64,000 nt of DNA from Eledone cirrhosa (GCA_964016885.1 OZ024765.1:5208001-5272000); one strand, 5' to 3'. Positions 1 to 13,894 are shown, counted from the first letter of the stretch. Notes: generated by a model from the letters alone, not told the origin. Made by a program: numbers and translations.

Positions 1-235
1 AACAACAACCACCACCACCACTATTACAACCACCATCACACCACCACCACCACTATTACAACCACCACCATCACAACCACCGCCATCACAGCACCACCAC
101 AACAACAACCACCACCACAACAACAACCACCACCACCACTATTACAACAACCACCATCACACCACCACAACAACAACAACCACCACCACCACAACAACAA
201 CAGTTACAACAACAATGATACATAACACCTCATCA
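1..235. repeat. (CAC/CAA)n degenerate trinucleotide microsatellite
   Basis: Low-complexity CAC/CAA tract; similar tracts at 10730-12330, 24850-25480, 53600-54030 and 55100-55660. Confidence 0.95.
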
Positions 236-745
236 AAATCAATAAAAAGAAATATAACAAGATACAACAAAGGAACATAAAAAACCCAAACACAAAACAC
301 ACATGTCCCCTAAAAAATCCCCTAAAAACAAAACAAGGGGAGACAAATATTATAGAAATATATACAAACATAATAGAGCATATAAAGGACCCTTAACCAG
401 AAATCAAAGAACACATAAAACATGGGATCCTTGTCAAATCACACAAAATCTGTCGGCATGAAGGGACAAAGATGTCTTTGAAGACACAGTTTGTGTAGCA
501 GACCCCTTCCTACCTCTCAGCCAACCCATTCCTACCAATGTGTAGCCGACCCCTTCCTACCTCTCAGCCGACCCCTTCCTACCTCTCAGTTAATCAACAA
601 ACGATTTCTTTTATCAATCAATAGATAGAAGAAAAACTATAAATACATAAAAAAATCAACTCAAGAAACCAATGGAATGCTGTTGTGTGGCTTAAGGGGT
701 TCACTATGTAACCATAAGGTCCTGGTTTCAATGGCACTGTTGTGC

Positions 746-932
746 TGGCCTCTACCTAGGGCCAGGGTCTTCTGGTGTACTGGCCTCCACCTAGGGCCAG
801 GGTCTTCTGATGTACTGGCCTCCACCTAGGGCTAGGGTCTTCTGGTGTACTGGCCGCTACCTAGGGCCAGGGTCTTCTGGTGTACTGGCCTCCACCTAGG
901 GCCAGGGTCTTCTGGTGTACTGGCCGCTACCT
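746..932 (+). repeat. 35-bp minisatellite (~5 copies) following a degenerate SINE head
   Basis: Unit TGGCCTCCACCTAGGGCCAGGGTCTTCTGGTGTAC; preceded by a decayed tRNA-like head at ~685-745. Confidence 0.8.
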
Positions 933-1029
933 CGGATCTTAGCACTTCTACAACGATCTTAGCACTTCTTCACCCAGGGGTTATCATTCAGGTGCATTAC
1001 ATGACAATACCACTGTAGTCTTCTCTCTC

Positions 1030-1430
1030 GCACACTACAGTTTATCCCTCAACTCGTCCATGCTTGCTTGTTCTTCACACATTGACATTGCATATCCCTC
1101 AAAGGATGCTTGCTTCATTTCTCTCCAGCCGTCGCATATCCTCTGCAGTTGCTGCCCATGTCTCACTCCCATGCAGCATCAGGCATCGGCATCATGCAGC
1201 TAACCTTACGTTCATAGGGAGAAACCCTTCATTGTCAACAGAGGAAACAACTCCCTAAACTTCTTCCATCCTGTCCTTATTTTAGATATTATGGCCTTGG
1301 GGCATCCTCCTCCCTTGTTAATCTGATCACCTAGGTATTGGAAGCTATCAACCACCTCTATAGACCCTACCTGCATTTGGAAAATGTGCCTATCGCTGAC
1401 ACTTCTACTATCAATTTCCCTGAACATCAA
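1030..1430 (-). mobile_element. RTE-clade LINE reverse-transcriptase C-terminal fragment (frameshifted)
   Basis: IEVVDSFQYLGDQINKGGGCPKAIISKIRTGWKKFRELFPLL is typical of the RTE RT end. Confidence 0.85.
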
Positions 1431-1482
1431 CTACATATGAAGTTTTCCTTTCCTGTTAGTTTGCCTGCTATCCTTTTCTACA

Positions 1483-1756
1483 TATCGAACATGGACATTT
1501 CCCTGATGGAATCAGTCTTATCCTCTTTTCTACTTATCGAACATGGACATTTCCCTGATGGAATCAGAGTCTTATCCTCTTTTCTACTTATCGAACATGG
1601 ACATTTCCCTGATGGAATCAGAGTCTTATCCTCTTTTCTACTTATCGAACATGGACATTTCCCTGATGGAATCAGAGTCTTATCCTCTTTTCTACTTATC
1701 GAACATGGACATTTCCCTGATGGAATCAGAGTCTTATTCTCTTTTCTACTTATCAA
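1483..1756 (+). repeat. 54-bp minisatellite, ~5 copies
   Basis: Unit TATCGAACATGGACATTTCCCTGATGGAATCAGAGTCTTATCCTCTTTTCTACT. Confidence 0.95.
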
Positions 1757-1852
1757 TACTTTAATCTTTGCTAGTATAGTATATATATAAGTGTTCATAT
1801 ATATATATAGATATATATGTGTGTGTGTGTATAGATATATTTATTATACGTA

Positions 1853-2059
1853 CAAATTAAAGTTTAAGCAAAGAATTGCTACTTTCACCCTTTTACGGGA
1901 TCTTCCTGTAAAGGGGTGAAAGCAGCGATTCTTTCCTTAAACTTTGATCTGTACAAAAAATAAATATTTGCTCTACGGCTTTTTCATATATATATTTTAT
2001 ATATATATATATATACATTCCTTATTGAGCCTTCGGATTTTAGTCTTCACATTTATTAT

Positions 2060-2065
<6 letters not shown>
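1853..2065 (+). mobile_element. Fold-back Penelope-like unit, family B
   Basis: Palindrome 1858-1945 centred near 1901; tail hairpin GCTC-TACGG...CCTTA-TT-GAGC; homologous to 14762-14980(-) and 3958-4022(+). Confidence 0.65.
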
Positions 2066-2093
<28 letters not shown>

Positions 2094-2097
<4 letters not shown>

Positions 2098-2792
2098 CAA
2101 TAATAAACAAGAAAAGCGGTTTCATTTGTACATCCCTATTTATTTTGTTATACATATTTCAAAGACACTCTGTTTACACAAAATTAATAAGACATTTCAT
2201 AGAGTATATAGTTAAAACTTAAATGTTAAATGGACCACAAAATAATTAATTAAACATTCATTACTATATAGATACATTATAACATAAGTATCAAAGTACA
2301 AATATCTAAAATTAGAATTAGTATCTAAGTGAATAAAATCTAGTATAAAAAAAAATGAAGAAAAAAAATAGACTAACAATACATACATACCTCACTAGGA
2401 ATCTAGCGATCAATCTGGTAACTTGATACCCTAGCCAGTTCACAAGGATCAACGCCAACTGGGAATATCTATCTCCAACACATATAAGAACTGTTACTTG
2501 AGAATTTCAGACATGCTTACTGGAAGGTGAAGGGAATAATAATGACTGGTAACATATCAATGGATATTTACATCTCGTTTGGATATTTGTCTGAAGAGAA
2601 CACGTAGGGCAGATGTTATACAACTGCCTTACCTCTTTGAAATACGTATAACAGAATAAATAGGGATGTACAGATAAAACCGTCTTTCTTGTTTATTATT
2701 GTAATAAAACTCCGGATGAACAAAAACCGTGGAGTGCTTTACATCTGTTAAGAAAAAGTCAGCAGACTTTCAATCAACCAACTTTCTTCAAT

Positions 2793-2795
<3 letters not shown>
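2094..2795 (+). mobile_element. Non-coding Penelope-like unit with inverted 5' arm, hammerhead and tail
   Basis: 2094-2165 is the inverted copy of 2635-2706; flanked by (TA)n on both sides. Confidence 0.75.
2586..2655 (+). ncRNA. Minimal type-I hammerhead ribozyme
   Basis: Stem I TTTGT/ACAGA; core CTGAAGA; stem II GAA..GTAGGGCAG/CTGCCTTAC..TTT; GAAA; palindromic stem III ATACGTAT; cleavage triplet AUA. Confidence 0.8.
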
Positions 2796-2867
<72 letters not shown>

Positions 2868-2991
2868 GTAGGAGGTGAGTTTTATTGTAGTACAATAAAG
2901 CAATGCAGATATCGGATAAGAAGCACTCTACAGTTTGTAGGACTGGAGTATGCATAATATAAGATCAAAAGATGGTTAAAGGAGTTCCATG

Positions 2992-3062
2992 TATTTTATT
3001 ATGCGCATTTCAAAAACAAACATCATCATGCAATAATATTTGTGTTTTCATCAGATAAAACA
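2992..3062 (-). ncRNA. Hammerhead ribozyme (inverted copy of 3123-3193)
   Basis: Exact reverse complement of 3123-3193. Confidence 0.85.
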
Positions 3063-3122
3063 GGAGAACATGATATGAAGGCTAAAAAACACTTGTGGAT
3101 AGTGCAGTTTTAAATCAACATA

Positions 3123-3193
3123 TGTTTTATCTGATGAAAACACAAATATTATTGCATGATGATGTTTGTTTTTGAAATGCGCATAATAAAATA
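3123..3193 (+). ncRNA. Minimal type-I hammerhead ribozyme
   Basis: Stem I TGTTTTAT/ATAAAATA; CTGATGA; 16-bp stem II with GCAT loop; GAAA; palindromic stem III ATGCGCAT; AUA triplet. Confidence 0.85.
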
Positions 3194-3223
3194 CATGGAA
3201 CTCCTTTAACCATCTTTTGATCT

Positions 3224-3261
<38 letters not shown>

Positions 3262-3435
3262 GGATACTATTTATAGTTATGTATATTTTAAACTATTTAT
3301 AGTTATGTATATTTTAAACTATAAACAGGGAAGGTCAGTAATGTATTACTACCTTATTACCAGTAAGATAAATAGCTCAATGTTATAACAACAGTTGTTC
3401 TACAGAGCAGTTATATAGAATTCACAGCATTTATT

Positions 3436-3482
3436 CACTTACAATTGTTTCATCCAAACCTAGGCTTGGAGTCCTCAGAGCA
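3436..3482 (-). ncRNA. Minimal hammerhead ribozyme
   Basis: Minus strand reads TGCT-CTGAGGA-C-TCCAAG-CCTAGG-TTTGGA-T-GAAA-CAATTG-TA-AGTG. Confidence 0.75.
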
Positions 3483-3735
3483 TTTTTCAATGTTTGTACA
3501 TATAATTGACCTCCTTTCTAACGCAAGAGACATTCAGATACATGTGTATATATTGATGTACAGTGGAGTGACATATATTATACTATACTATATTTGTACA
3601 GCAATTCAAAATCAAAATTAAAATACATTCGGCAGATAACACAGATAATGCAAGAGGATAGTTTGATAGTCAGATCTAGTAGGTAGTGTATGCGTTAGTT
3701 ACACATGGAGCATGCAAGTGTGTCTCATTTATATA

Positions 3736-3782
<47 letters not shown>

Positions 3783-3857
3783 TAAAATACCCGCAAAACA
3801 CCACACAGTGTTTTCCATATTTATTCTTACTTTGAGATATGTAAAACATTGTGTGTT

Positions 3858-3920
<63 letters not shown>

Positions 3921-4021
3921 ATATCCACTTCTGCGTTCACAGATTGACTTTGTTAGTTTCAGAAGATCCCGTTAAGGGTGAAAGCAGCGATTCTTTGCTT
4001 AAACTTTAATCTGTTATTTTA

Positions 4022-4069
<48 letters not shown>

Positions 4070-5584
4070 TCATCGTCATCATCAACGTTTAATATATATA
4101 TATATATATATATACATATATATATGTGTGTGTGTGTGAATGTACATATATACATGTGTGTGTGTGTGAATGTATGTATATATGTGTATGTATATGTATA
4201 TATGTGTGTGTATATAATATATTTCTATGTGTGCGTGTTAATGTATGTGGCACCTCTGAAATCCCATTACCACCACCACCACCACCACCACCCCATCCCA
4301 TGTACATGACCACCATCATCATCATCATCACCACTTATATCATCATCATCATTTCCCCTACTCCCCACTCACCTACCTTTCTCCCCCCCCCCCACCTAAG
4401 GTCCCTCCCACTCCCACCCATCCATTCAGTTTCTTTAACCAGAGTTCTCTCCCCTGTTTATACTTCCGGACATGTGTGGTTTGACTTCCGGATGAGAAAG
4501 CCGACCCCCCTGGAGCAGTCAGAGTAGGAGGGAGAAAAAATAGCTATTTCCCCTCCCTACATATCTTGTGTGTGTGTGTGTGTGTATGTATATATATGTA
4601 TGTATGTAGGTAAGTATGTGTGTATGTATGTATGTAGGTAGGTATGTATGTGTGTATGTTTGTATATGTATGTATGTATCTATGTATGTGTGTATCTATC
4701 TATCTATGTATGTATATATGTATCCATGTGTGCATGTTTGTATATATATGTGTGTATGTGTGTGTGTGTGTGTATGCATGTGTATATGTATGCATGTATG
4801 TATATATTTGTGTGTGTGTGTGTGTATGTGTATGCATGTACATATGTGTATGTATATATATATATATAAATGCATATACACATGTATATGTGTGTGTATA
4901 TATATGTATATATATGTATATATGTATATATATAACATATATACACATACACACATTTCAATTGTTAAGAATGTCAAATCAAAGGAAGTCGTCTGCTTCT
5001 TACAAAATATTCCCGCCAAAACAACAGTTTTTTCTGCTTGTTTCAGTTTATTTCATTATTTTTGTGTTTTTATATTCCATCTTAATCTCTTGACTGCTAT
5101 TTCAACCAAGCCCCTGGTTTTCATTTGTAAAAAGAAGAGATTTGATCCCAGTTCCCTGGGGTAGCCATTTATCTGTAAACATAAAACATTCACATATTTC
5201 CCTAATTTCATTTTATTTTTTGTTTCACACCTTTCATTTGTTTAGGGGCCATCTTTCTTTTACCCTTTATTTTTTTTTTAAATTCTGGTTTATTTGTTTA
5301 CATGTTTAACTACCAAACTCTACCTTCTACTGCCACGGAGAGAGGGGAGATGGAGAGGGGGAGGGAGAGAGGGAGGGTGAGGGAGAAACCCAAAGGAAAT
5401 ATTTGGTTGTTTAAATGGCATACATATAAACACCACATACACACATACACCACATCTCACATACACACACACACATATACACACACATATACACCACATC
5501 TCACACATACACCACATCTCATACACACATATACATATCACACACACAGCACACCACATACACACACCACATCTCACATGCATA

Positions 5585-5618
<34 letters not shown>

Positions 5619-5898
5619 CACATACCACATACATATGCACACACAACACATCTTACATGCATACACCTCACTCACCACATACCACATACATATACACACT
5701 CATGCACGACACACACCACATACACCACACATACACCACACACACCACATACCACATACATATACACACTCTTACACCACACACACACACCACACACACC
5801 ACACCCACACCACACACACACCACACACACCACACACCACATATGCATCACACACACACCACACACACCACATATGCATCACACTTGTTTATATTATT

Positions 5899-6180
5899 GT
5901 TAACTTTGCCTTTCATCCTTACGGGGTTGATAAAATAAAGTACCAGTAATACACTGGGGTAATTGCTGGCCTTGTGCCAAAAGTAGAAACAATTATTATT
6001 GTTTCTACTTTACGCACAAGGCCAGCAATATCCCAGTACATTACTGGTATTTTATTTTATTGATCCCGTAAGGATGAAAGGCAAAGTTAACCTCAGCGGG
6101 ATTTGAACTCAGAATAGCAGGGGCCATAACTCTATGCTGCAAAGCATGGTGTCCGACCCTCTACCGATACTGCCAATCCA
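5899..6180. mobile_element. Two tRNA-derived Meta-like SINE copies arranged tail-to-tail
   Basis: 5899-5997(+) is a 3' part and 5998-6180(-) is near full length; both have GCCTTTCATCCTTACGGG(G/A)T(C/T)-type central domain; B box GAGTTCAAATCC. Confidence 0.85.
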
Positions 6181-6187
6181 ATGAGCC

Positions 6188-6259
<72 letters not shown>

Positions 6260-6298
6260 AGTTAAACAAGATTCAATGAGTTTTACATGTATCATTAT

Positions 6299-6351
6299 AT
6301 TTTGTCTGATGAGGACGTACTGTTGTACCTCTGAAATATGTATAATAAAAT
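6299..6351 (+). ncRNA. Minimal hammerhead ribozyme in a short island between (TA)n tracts
   Basis: ATTTTGT-CTGATGA-GGACGTAC TGTT GTACCTCT-GAAA-TATGTA-TA-ATAAAAT. Confidence 0.8.
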
Positions 6352-6424
6352 TTAATTGATCAAAAGAACATCTATTTTATTAATATTTGTATTTTAATAT
6401 ATATATATATATTTGTGTGTGTGC

Positions 6425-6464
<40 letters not shown>

Positions 6465-6611
6465 GTGTGTGTATAGACACACATTTATGTATGTGTATAT
6501 ATATATATATATATATAGTTGCCATACCATACCAAGAGATGTAAACCCAATCTGTCTCATTAGTTTCACATAAGAAGTAAGCATATATTGGTTTCTGGTT
6601 AAAGAATAACA

Positions 6612-6757
6612 TTGATTTCTGATTTCGGCCCCAGGCCAGTAAATTTGAGAAGGGGCAGAATTGATTAAACCAATCCCTGTACTTGACTGCTACTTTACTT
6701 TTATCGACACCCAGAAGGATGAAATGCAAAGTTGACATCAGCGGGATTTGAACTGAA
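6612..6757 (-). mobile_element. Older Meta-like SINE fragment
   Basis: TTTATCGACACCCAGAAGGATGAAATGCAAAGTTGACATCAGCGGGATTTGAAC. Confidence 0.7.
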
Positions 6758-6939
6758 GGTCACAGAAAATCAAAGATTCGGTTTCTGAGACTTCAAAAAC
6801 TGTAAGTTGTAAGTGCTGCTGGCAAGTGTTATGTAATGAATGGGAGTCCTTTCTTCAGCAGGTATTCTTACAATGAATTTGCTGTCAGTTCTGTGATGAA
6901 AATTGAGGATATTGCTGTACTGTAGTTGTCCCAAGAAGA

Positions 6940-7068
6940 CATACGTCAAGCAACTTGAGGATAATACTGGATGCACTGCGGAAGAACTGGCAAACGCTAT
7001 GAGAGACAGAGATGGATGGAGGAAACATGTCGTAGAAGGCGAGCAAGCTTGACCCGATGATGATGATG
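6940..7068 (+). mobile_element. RTE-like LINE 3' end with (ATG)n tail
   Basis: YVKQLEDNTGCTAEELANAMRDRDGWRKHV followed by GATGATGATG. Confidence 0.7.
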
Positions 7069-7149
7069 TAGCAGTAAATATTCCAGCAATATCACATGAT
7101 CTCCCTCAAAAGAGGAAGCTCACTGATAGAATTATATATATATATATAA

Positions 7150-7430
7150 ATGAACTAAATGAGAAATTAGGAATAAGAAGGATCAGATGCTGTTTACTTG
7201 AGAGAAGACTACGTTGGTATGGTCAGGTGATGTGCATGAAAGACGACAGCTGTATAAAAAAGTGCAGGGCGATCAAAATTGATGGAAGTTACGGAGTAGG
7301 TAGACCCAGCAGAAAAACCTGGAACGATTTGATAAATTCCGACCTTACACACTTGCACCTCTCTAAGACAATGTCACTGGACCGAGATCTTTGGCGCTAC
7401 GCAGTAATATAGAAAACCCACCTTGCCTAA
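7150..7430 (+). mobile_element. RTE LINE C-terminal fragment
   Basis: ELNEKLGIRRIRCCLLERRLRWYGQVMCMKDDSCIKKC...GRPSRKTWNDLINSDL...DRDLWR. Confidence 0.85.
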
Positions 7431-7559
7431 GTACAAAGCGAAACCTAGTCAGTAGGCACCTCTTAATCAAATATACACCCCCATCCCGCTATTAATTTTA
7501 TATATATATATACCCCCACGCCCTGCACCACCCTCCATCTCCAGTTATGTTGATATCAC

Positions 7560-7790
7560 AAAAAGCATCCAGTCCACACTGTAAAGTGGTCATGGAGGTG
7601 TCACAACAAAAAGCACCCAGCATGCACTGTAAATATGGTTGACATTAAGAAGGGCATCCAGCTGTAGAAACCAAGCCAGAAACAGTTCTATATGAGCAAG
7701 GCGTGATCACCTGACCCAACTTGCCTCAAATGGGACAAACCGTCTAACCCATGCTAACATGGAAAGTGGACATTAAATGATGATGATGAT
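7560..7790 (+). mobile_element. SINE 3' part with RTE-type (ATG)n tail
   Basis: AAAAGCACCCAG...GAAGGGCATCCAGCTGTAGAAACC...ACCCATGCTAACATGGAAAGTGGACATTAAATGATGATG; relatives at 12840-12995 and 12995-13880. Confidence 0.75.
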
Positions 7791-7803
7791 TTATACATAC
7801 ATA

Positions 7804-7840
<37 letters not shown>

Positions 7841-8966
7841 AATAAACTTAGGAAAATTAACAAAGAGAAGACAAGACAACATTTTTTTGAAGGGGAAACC
7901 TTAAGAAATTTTGTTTTTGAAAATAAACACACAAACAAAAAATACAGAACTCCAAGGTTTTCAGCCGTCAAGTCAGACTTCTAGGAGGTTGACCCCTACC
8001 TGCTGGTCTGGGTCACAGCATGTGACACAAGCCAAAGTGTTGTCCAGTGGAGTAAAAGAGAAGACAAAACAATAACTTATAGCAATTAAGCCATGACAGG
8101 TACACATATATATATTATCTATTCTTTATCTCTGAAAGTCTGGTCCTGGCTGGAGCATTACCTTGAAGGGATTCAGTCCTGTATTCTTTTACTGGTTTCA
8201 GACATTAGACAGTGGCCATGCTGGGGCACTGCCTTGAAGGGATTTAGTCTTGTATTCTTTATCATTAACATTAATATAAAAAAAAGTGATAATTATATTT
8301 TTTTAGAGAAGGGCTTCAAATTTCATAAAGCTTAGGGCCTTGGTAGATTGAAGTCTGGGTCTAGGAAGGAGTATTATGATTTGAGGGAAATATTTGGTTG
8401 CTATTTTTAGCAGGTAGATGCTTTCTCATTGAAGGAAATTGGTGGCAGAATAAAAATGAAATATATATTCTGGTGGCTTTACTTTAATAATGACTTTATT
8501 GGCCTCAATGGTGTTTTGTGGAGCGAGAGTTATGTAGGGGAGAGGGAAACATATTGGTTGTATTGCATCTGATTTGGGTTAAGGGGTTATTTATTTGGAT
8601 TAAAAGGATAGGGGTCAGGGTTAGGATAGTTATGAAATAGTAAGGGCTAGGGAATATTGTGTGGGGAGGGGGTATTTATTGAGGAACTAGGAAGGTGACA
8701 GCATTGTTATTGGGGTGGTTGTAGTAGGGGATTTAGGGTGGCTGTTAGGGTTGTACTGTTGAGAGGAGGGTATATGGGAAGGGGGTTGTGGCTAGGGTCT
8801 GGTTATGAGGGGTTATATGAGCAGGGTATAGTGGGAATGACGTAGTTATTGAGGGGCTGTGATGAGGGTTAGGGTGGCTGTTACAGTAGTCGGGTGGGGA
8901 GGGATTATTGAATGGGTGCTGACTTTCTTTGTCACAACCAAATATTTTCTTGTTTAGCACTCAAAA

Positions 8967-9006
<40 letters not shown>

Positions 9007-9807
9007 CCCCTCTCTTACCATCTCCCTCCCTCCCCATCTCTCTTGCCATCTCCCTCTCCCTCCCCCTCTCTCTCCCCATCTCCCTCTCCCTCCCCCTCTC
9101 TCTCCCCCTCTCTCTTGCCATCTCCCTCTCCCTCCCTCCCTCCCTCTCTATTGATCTTTAGGTAACTCAATCACTCACACATATACAAATGTGAGCAACT
9201 CAAACATTTACATACACACACGCACAAACATATAAATAAGCACACCTTATATATATATATTATATATTTATATATATATTTATTTATATATATTTATATA
9301 TTATATGTATATTATATATATATATTTATATATTACATATATATATATATTACATATATATACACTAGCTGTGTGTGAGTGTGTATATATATATATATTA
9401 GATATATATATATACACACACACTCACACACAGCTAGTGAGAGATGGTGTGCCGCGGTGTTAATGCCTTTCTGGACACGTGACAATAGTTCTGATGAAAG
9501 AAAATAATGTCATAAAACATTGACAACTGCAACATCATAAACAATAAGAAAAAACAATAGGCAAAGCAATAGAAGCTATAATAATAATAATAATTGTTTC
9601 TACTTTAGGCACAAGGCCAGCAATCACCCAGTGCATTACTGGTACTTTTATTTTATCAACCCCGTAAGGATGAAAGGCAATAATAATAATAATAATAATG
9701 ATTTCATTTATTGGCCACAAGGGCTGGCATGTAGGGAACAATAGAAAGACATGGACAGGGGGGGGGGGTTACAATGAGGTCGAGTAAAAGTGCACAATGG
9801 CAAAACC

Positions 9808-10521
9808 AATAGATTCAAGCACCGTCTTTACATGCACACCCATTCTTTTCTTAACCCTTTAAGAAGGAATATGATGTCACTTTCAGCTTATATCTGGAGT
9901 CTAAAAGACAACCACCCCCAATATAGGTTACACTGGGAGATCCTAGCTAAAGCTAGATCGTATAATGGAAACAAAAGACCATGAGATCTTTGCACCGCCA
10001 AAGCTCTGGAAATACTTTACGCCAATGATCAAATCTTAAACAAAAAATCTGAGGCAATATTGGCTTATAAACACAAATTGCATAAAACCTTCCTGTATTA
10101 CCCCCTACATTATAACGAATAGTACGCAGATAATATACGTCATGATATGGTAGCTAAATATACTTTGTTTATACCATTATTTGTGCACAAATAGAGACAG
10201 AGTCAAGAATAAATAAATAAATTAATTAATTAAATAAAAGTGGCATAGACACTACAATACAACGGGAGGAAACATAATAGTACCACTGATGATGTCACAG
10301 ATGTGTGACGAAAGAACTTTGATAGACTATATATATATATATATATATATTTATATCTGTATTTTTAATCGTTGGTCAATCAATGATAAACATTGATTGC
10401 CAGATAAATTAGCTGTGGAGATATAAAAGATACAAACGTGAAAACCAACCCAAACCAAACTGAGTGTATTTTATTATTATTTCTGGCAATATAACAATAT
10501 GACCCTCCCCAAATATAACAA
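9808..10521 (+). mobile_element. 5'-truncated Penelope-like element (Neptune-type GIY-YIG remnant plus 3' region with hammerhead), family C
   Basis: RFKHRLYMHTHSF..SLSAYIWSLKD..YRLHWEILAKARSY..*DLC..ILNKKSE; ends ATGACCCTCCCCAAATATAACAA then (TA)n. Confidence 0.85.
10281..10324 (+). ncRNA. Minimal hammerhead ribozyme (family C)
   Basis: TACCA-CTGATGA-T-GTCACA GATG TGTGAC-GAAA-GAAC-TT-TGATA. Confidence 0.75.
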
Positions 10522-10638
10522 TACATATATATATATATATATATTGTTATATTTGTATATATGTATATATATATAAAAATTTATATATATATATATATAC
10601 ATAGTTGTGTATGCAGGTGTAACATATATATGTATATA

Positions 10639-10673
<35 letters not shown>

Positions 10674-12994
10674 TATTGTCAATAATAATAATAACACATC
10701 TACTCCACTTCTATTACAGTAACAACAACAACAACAACAACAATGACATTCACATTAGCAGCTGCAAAATTGAAACCCCTCACCACCACCACCATCACCT
10801 CCACCACTGAAACCAACACCACCACCATCACTGCTGCAACATCAACAACCACTATCAATAGCACCAACAATACTATCACAACCACACCGCCACTATCAAC
10901 ATCACCACCACCACCATCACACAACCACAACCACCACACCACTACCATCTCCACCACAACATCACCACACCACCAACACCACAACCAGTACCATCTCCAC
11001 CACAACATCACCACACCACCACCACACCACCACCACAACCACCTCACCACCATCACACAACCACAACCACCACACCACTACCATCTCCACCACAACATCA
11101 CCACACCACCACCACACCACCACCACAACCACCTCACCACCATCACACAACCACAACCACCACACCACTACCATCTCCACCACAACATCACTACTACCAT
11201 CTCCACCACAACCACCTCACCACCATCACACAACCACAACCACCTCACCACTACCATCTCCATCACCACCACCAACACCACAACCACCATCACCACAACC
11301 ACCACACCACCATCACACAACCACAACCACCACACCACTACCATCTCCACCACAACATCACCACATCACCACACCACCACCACCACCACAACCACCAACA
11401 CCACCAACTTCACTACCATCACCACCACACTACCACCATCACTACCAACACCACAACACCATCTCAACCACCAACACTACCACCACCAACACCACCATTA
11501 ATAGCACCAATAAAACTATCACCACAACACCGTCAACATAACTACCACCGTCACACCACCACCACCACCATCACATCACCACCATCACACCACCACCACC
11601 AACACCACACCATCACAATCAACATCACCGCCACTGTCACACCACCACCACCACCACCACTCCCACCACCACCACTACAACAACAACTACAACCCAAGCA
11701 GCTGCACAAATATATATATAAAACCACTTCTACCTAAACTACCATGAATATTAATAACACTGCCACTACTACGACCACTACAACCACCACCACTGCAGCC
11801 ACCACCAACACAAACACCACCTCCTCCATCACCACCACCACTACCACCACCATCTCCACCACCACCACAACAACAACAACCACCACCATGACCACACCAC
11901 CACTACACCACCACACCACCTTCTCCACCACCACTACCACCACCATCTCCATCACCACCACCACCACTACACCACACCATCACCACACCACCACCACACC
12001 ATCTCCACCACAACAACAACCACCACCACCATGACCACACCACCACCACCACACCACCTTCTCCACCACCACTACCACCATCACCACCACCACCACTACA
12101 CCACACCATCACCACACCACCACCACCACACCACACCACCACCACCACCACCACCACACCACCACCACCACCACCACCACCACTACACCACCTCCCCACC
12201 ACCACCACCAGTAATGACTTCCGTCACCCGTAATAACAAAACAATAACAATATCGGCAGCTGCAGAAACAATATATAACAACAACAACAACAACAATATC
12301 ATCATCAACAACAACAACAACAATATTAACAGCAATAACACCCTCAAGAATAATGAAAATAGGGACATTGTTACATTATATATATATATATATATATACA
12401 TACAAGCATATATACACATATACAGACATACATACATATATGCATACATGCATACGCACATACATGTATACATACATGCTTACAAACATACATATGTACA
12501 CACATACACATGTACACACATACATATGTACACACATACATGTGTACACACATACACATGTACACACATACACATGCACACACATACACATGTACACACA
12601 TACATAGATGCATGCATGTTAATATGCAATCCTGACACATGTTTCTGGTTATAATGTGACATTAGAATTACGCCATGTTGCCTCTTCCTCATTGTAAGAC
12701 GGAAGGTCAATGACCTATATATGGTTGGAAAGTAACAGAGTGAAACATTTGAGAGTGCTGTATGTTATCACTCATATCATTATCATCATCATCATCATCA
12801 TCATCACTTAACATTCACTTTCCTTACTAGCAAGGGCCCCACATTAGGAAGGGCATCATGCTGTAGAGACCAAGCCAAAATACAGATCTGTATGAGCAAG
12901 ACACAGTCTACTGACCTGACTTGTCTCATAATGTGGTCACGACCTGTCTAACCCATGAAAGTATGGAAAATGATGATGATGATGATGATGATGA

Positions 12995-13880
12995 TCATCA
13001 TCATCATCATTTTAGTCCGCTTCTCCCTGCTTGCAAGGGTGGGACAGGAACTGATTCTGGCTTGATTTCTACAGCTGGATGCCCTTCCTAACACCAACCT
13101 CATTTACAGTGAGTGCTGGGTGCTTTTTTTTGCTGTGGCACCTCCACGTCCACTTTACAGTGAGTGCTGGGTGCTTTTTTTTGCCGTGGCACCTGCACGT
13201 CCACTTTACAGTGAGTGCTGGGTGCTTTTTTTTGCTGTGGCACCTCCACGTCCACTTTACAGTGAGTGCTGGGTGCTTTTTTTTGCTGTGGCACCTCCAC
13301 GTCCACTTTACAGTGAGTGCTGGGTGCTTTTTTTTGCTGTGGCACCTCCACGTCCACTTTACAGTGAGTGCTGGGTGCTTTTTTTTGCTGTGGCACCTCC
13401 ACGTCCACTTTACAGTGAGTGCTGGGTGCTTTTTTTTGCTGTGGCACCTCCACGTCCACTTTACAGTGAGTGCTGGGTGCTTTTTTTTGCTGTGGCACCT
13501 CCACGTCCACTTTACAGTGAGTGCTGGGTGCTTTTTTTTGCTGTGGCACCTCCACGTCCACTTTACAGTGAGTGCTGGGTGCTTTTTTTTGCTGTGGCAC
13601 CTCCACGTCCACTTTACAGTGAGTGCTGGGTGCTTTTTTTTGCCGTGGCACCTGCACGTCCACTTTACATTGTGGGCTGGGTGCTTTTTTTTGCCGTGGC
13701 ACCTACACATCCACTTTACAGTGTGGGCTGGGTGCTTTTTTTTTTTTCCGTGGCACCTACACATCCACTTCACAGTGTGGGCTGGGTGCTTTTTTTTTTT
13801 CCGTGGCACCTACACATCCACTTTACAGTGTGGGCTGGGTGCTTTTTTGCCGTGGCACCTCCACAACCACTTTACAGTGG
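12995..13880 (-). mobile_element. SINE with an internal 51-bp unit expanded to ~15 copies (13103-13879)
   Basis: Unit TTTACAGTGAGTGCTGGGTGCTTTTTTTTGCTGTGGCACCTCCACGTCCAC; the same unit occurs as 2 copies in the 7560 element. Confidence 0.85.
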
Positions 13881-13894
13881 AATGATAGGGACCC

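Noticed and set aside
3958-4000. Family B core as a functional hammerhead
   Set aside because: Core reads CAGAAGA and I cannot form stem I or III, so it is kept only as hammerhead-like
13103-13879. Repetitive 246-268 aa ORFs or a CRISPR array
   Set aside because: 51-bp head-to-tail minisatellite; open frames result from a unit length divisible by 3
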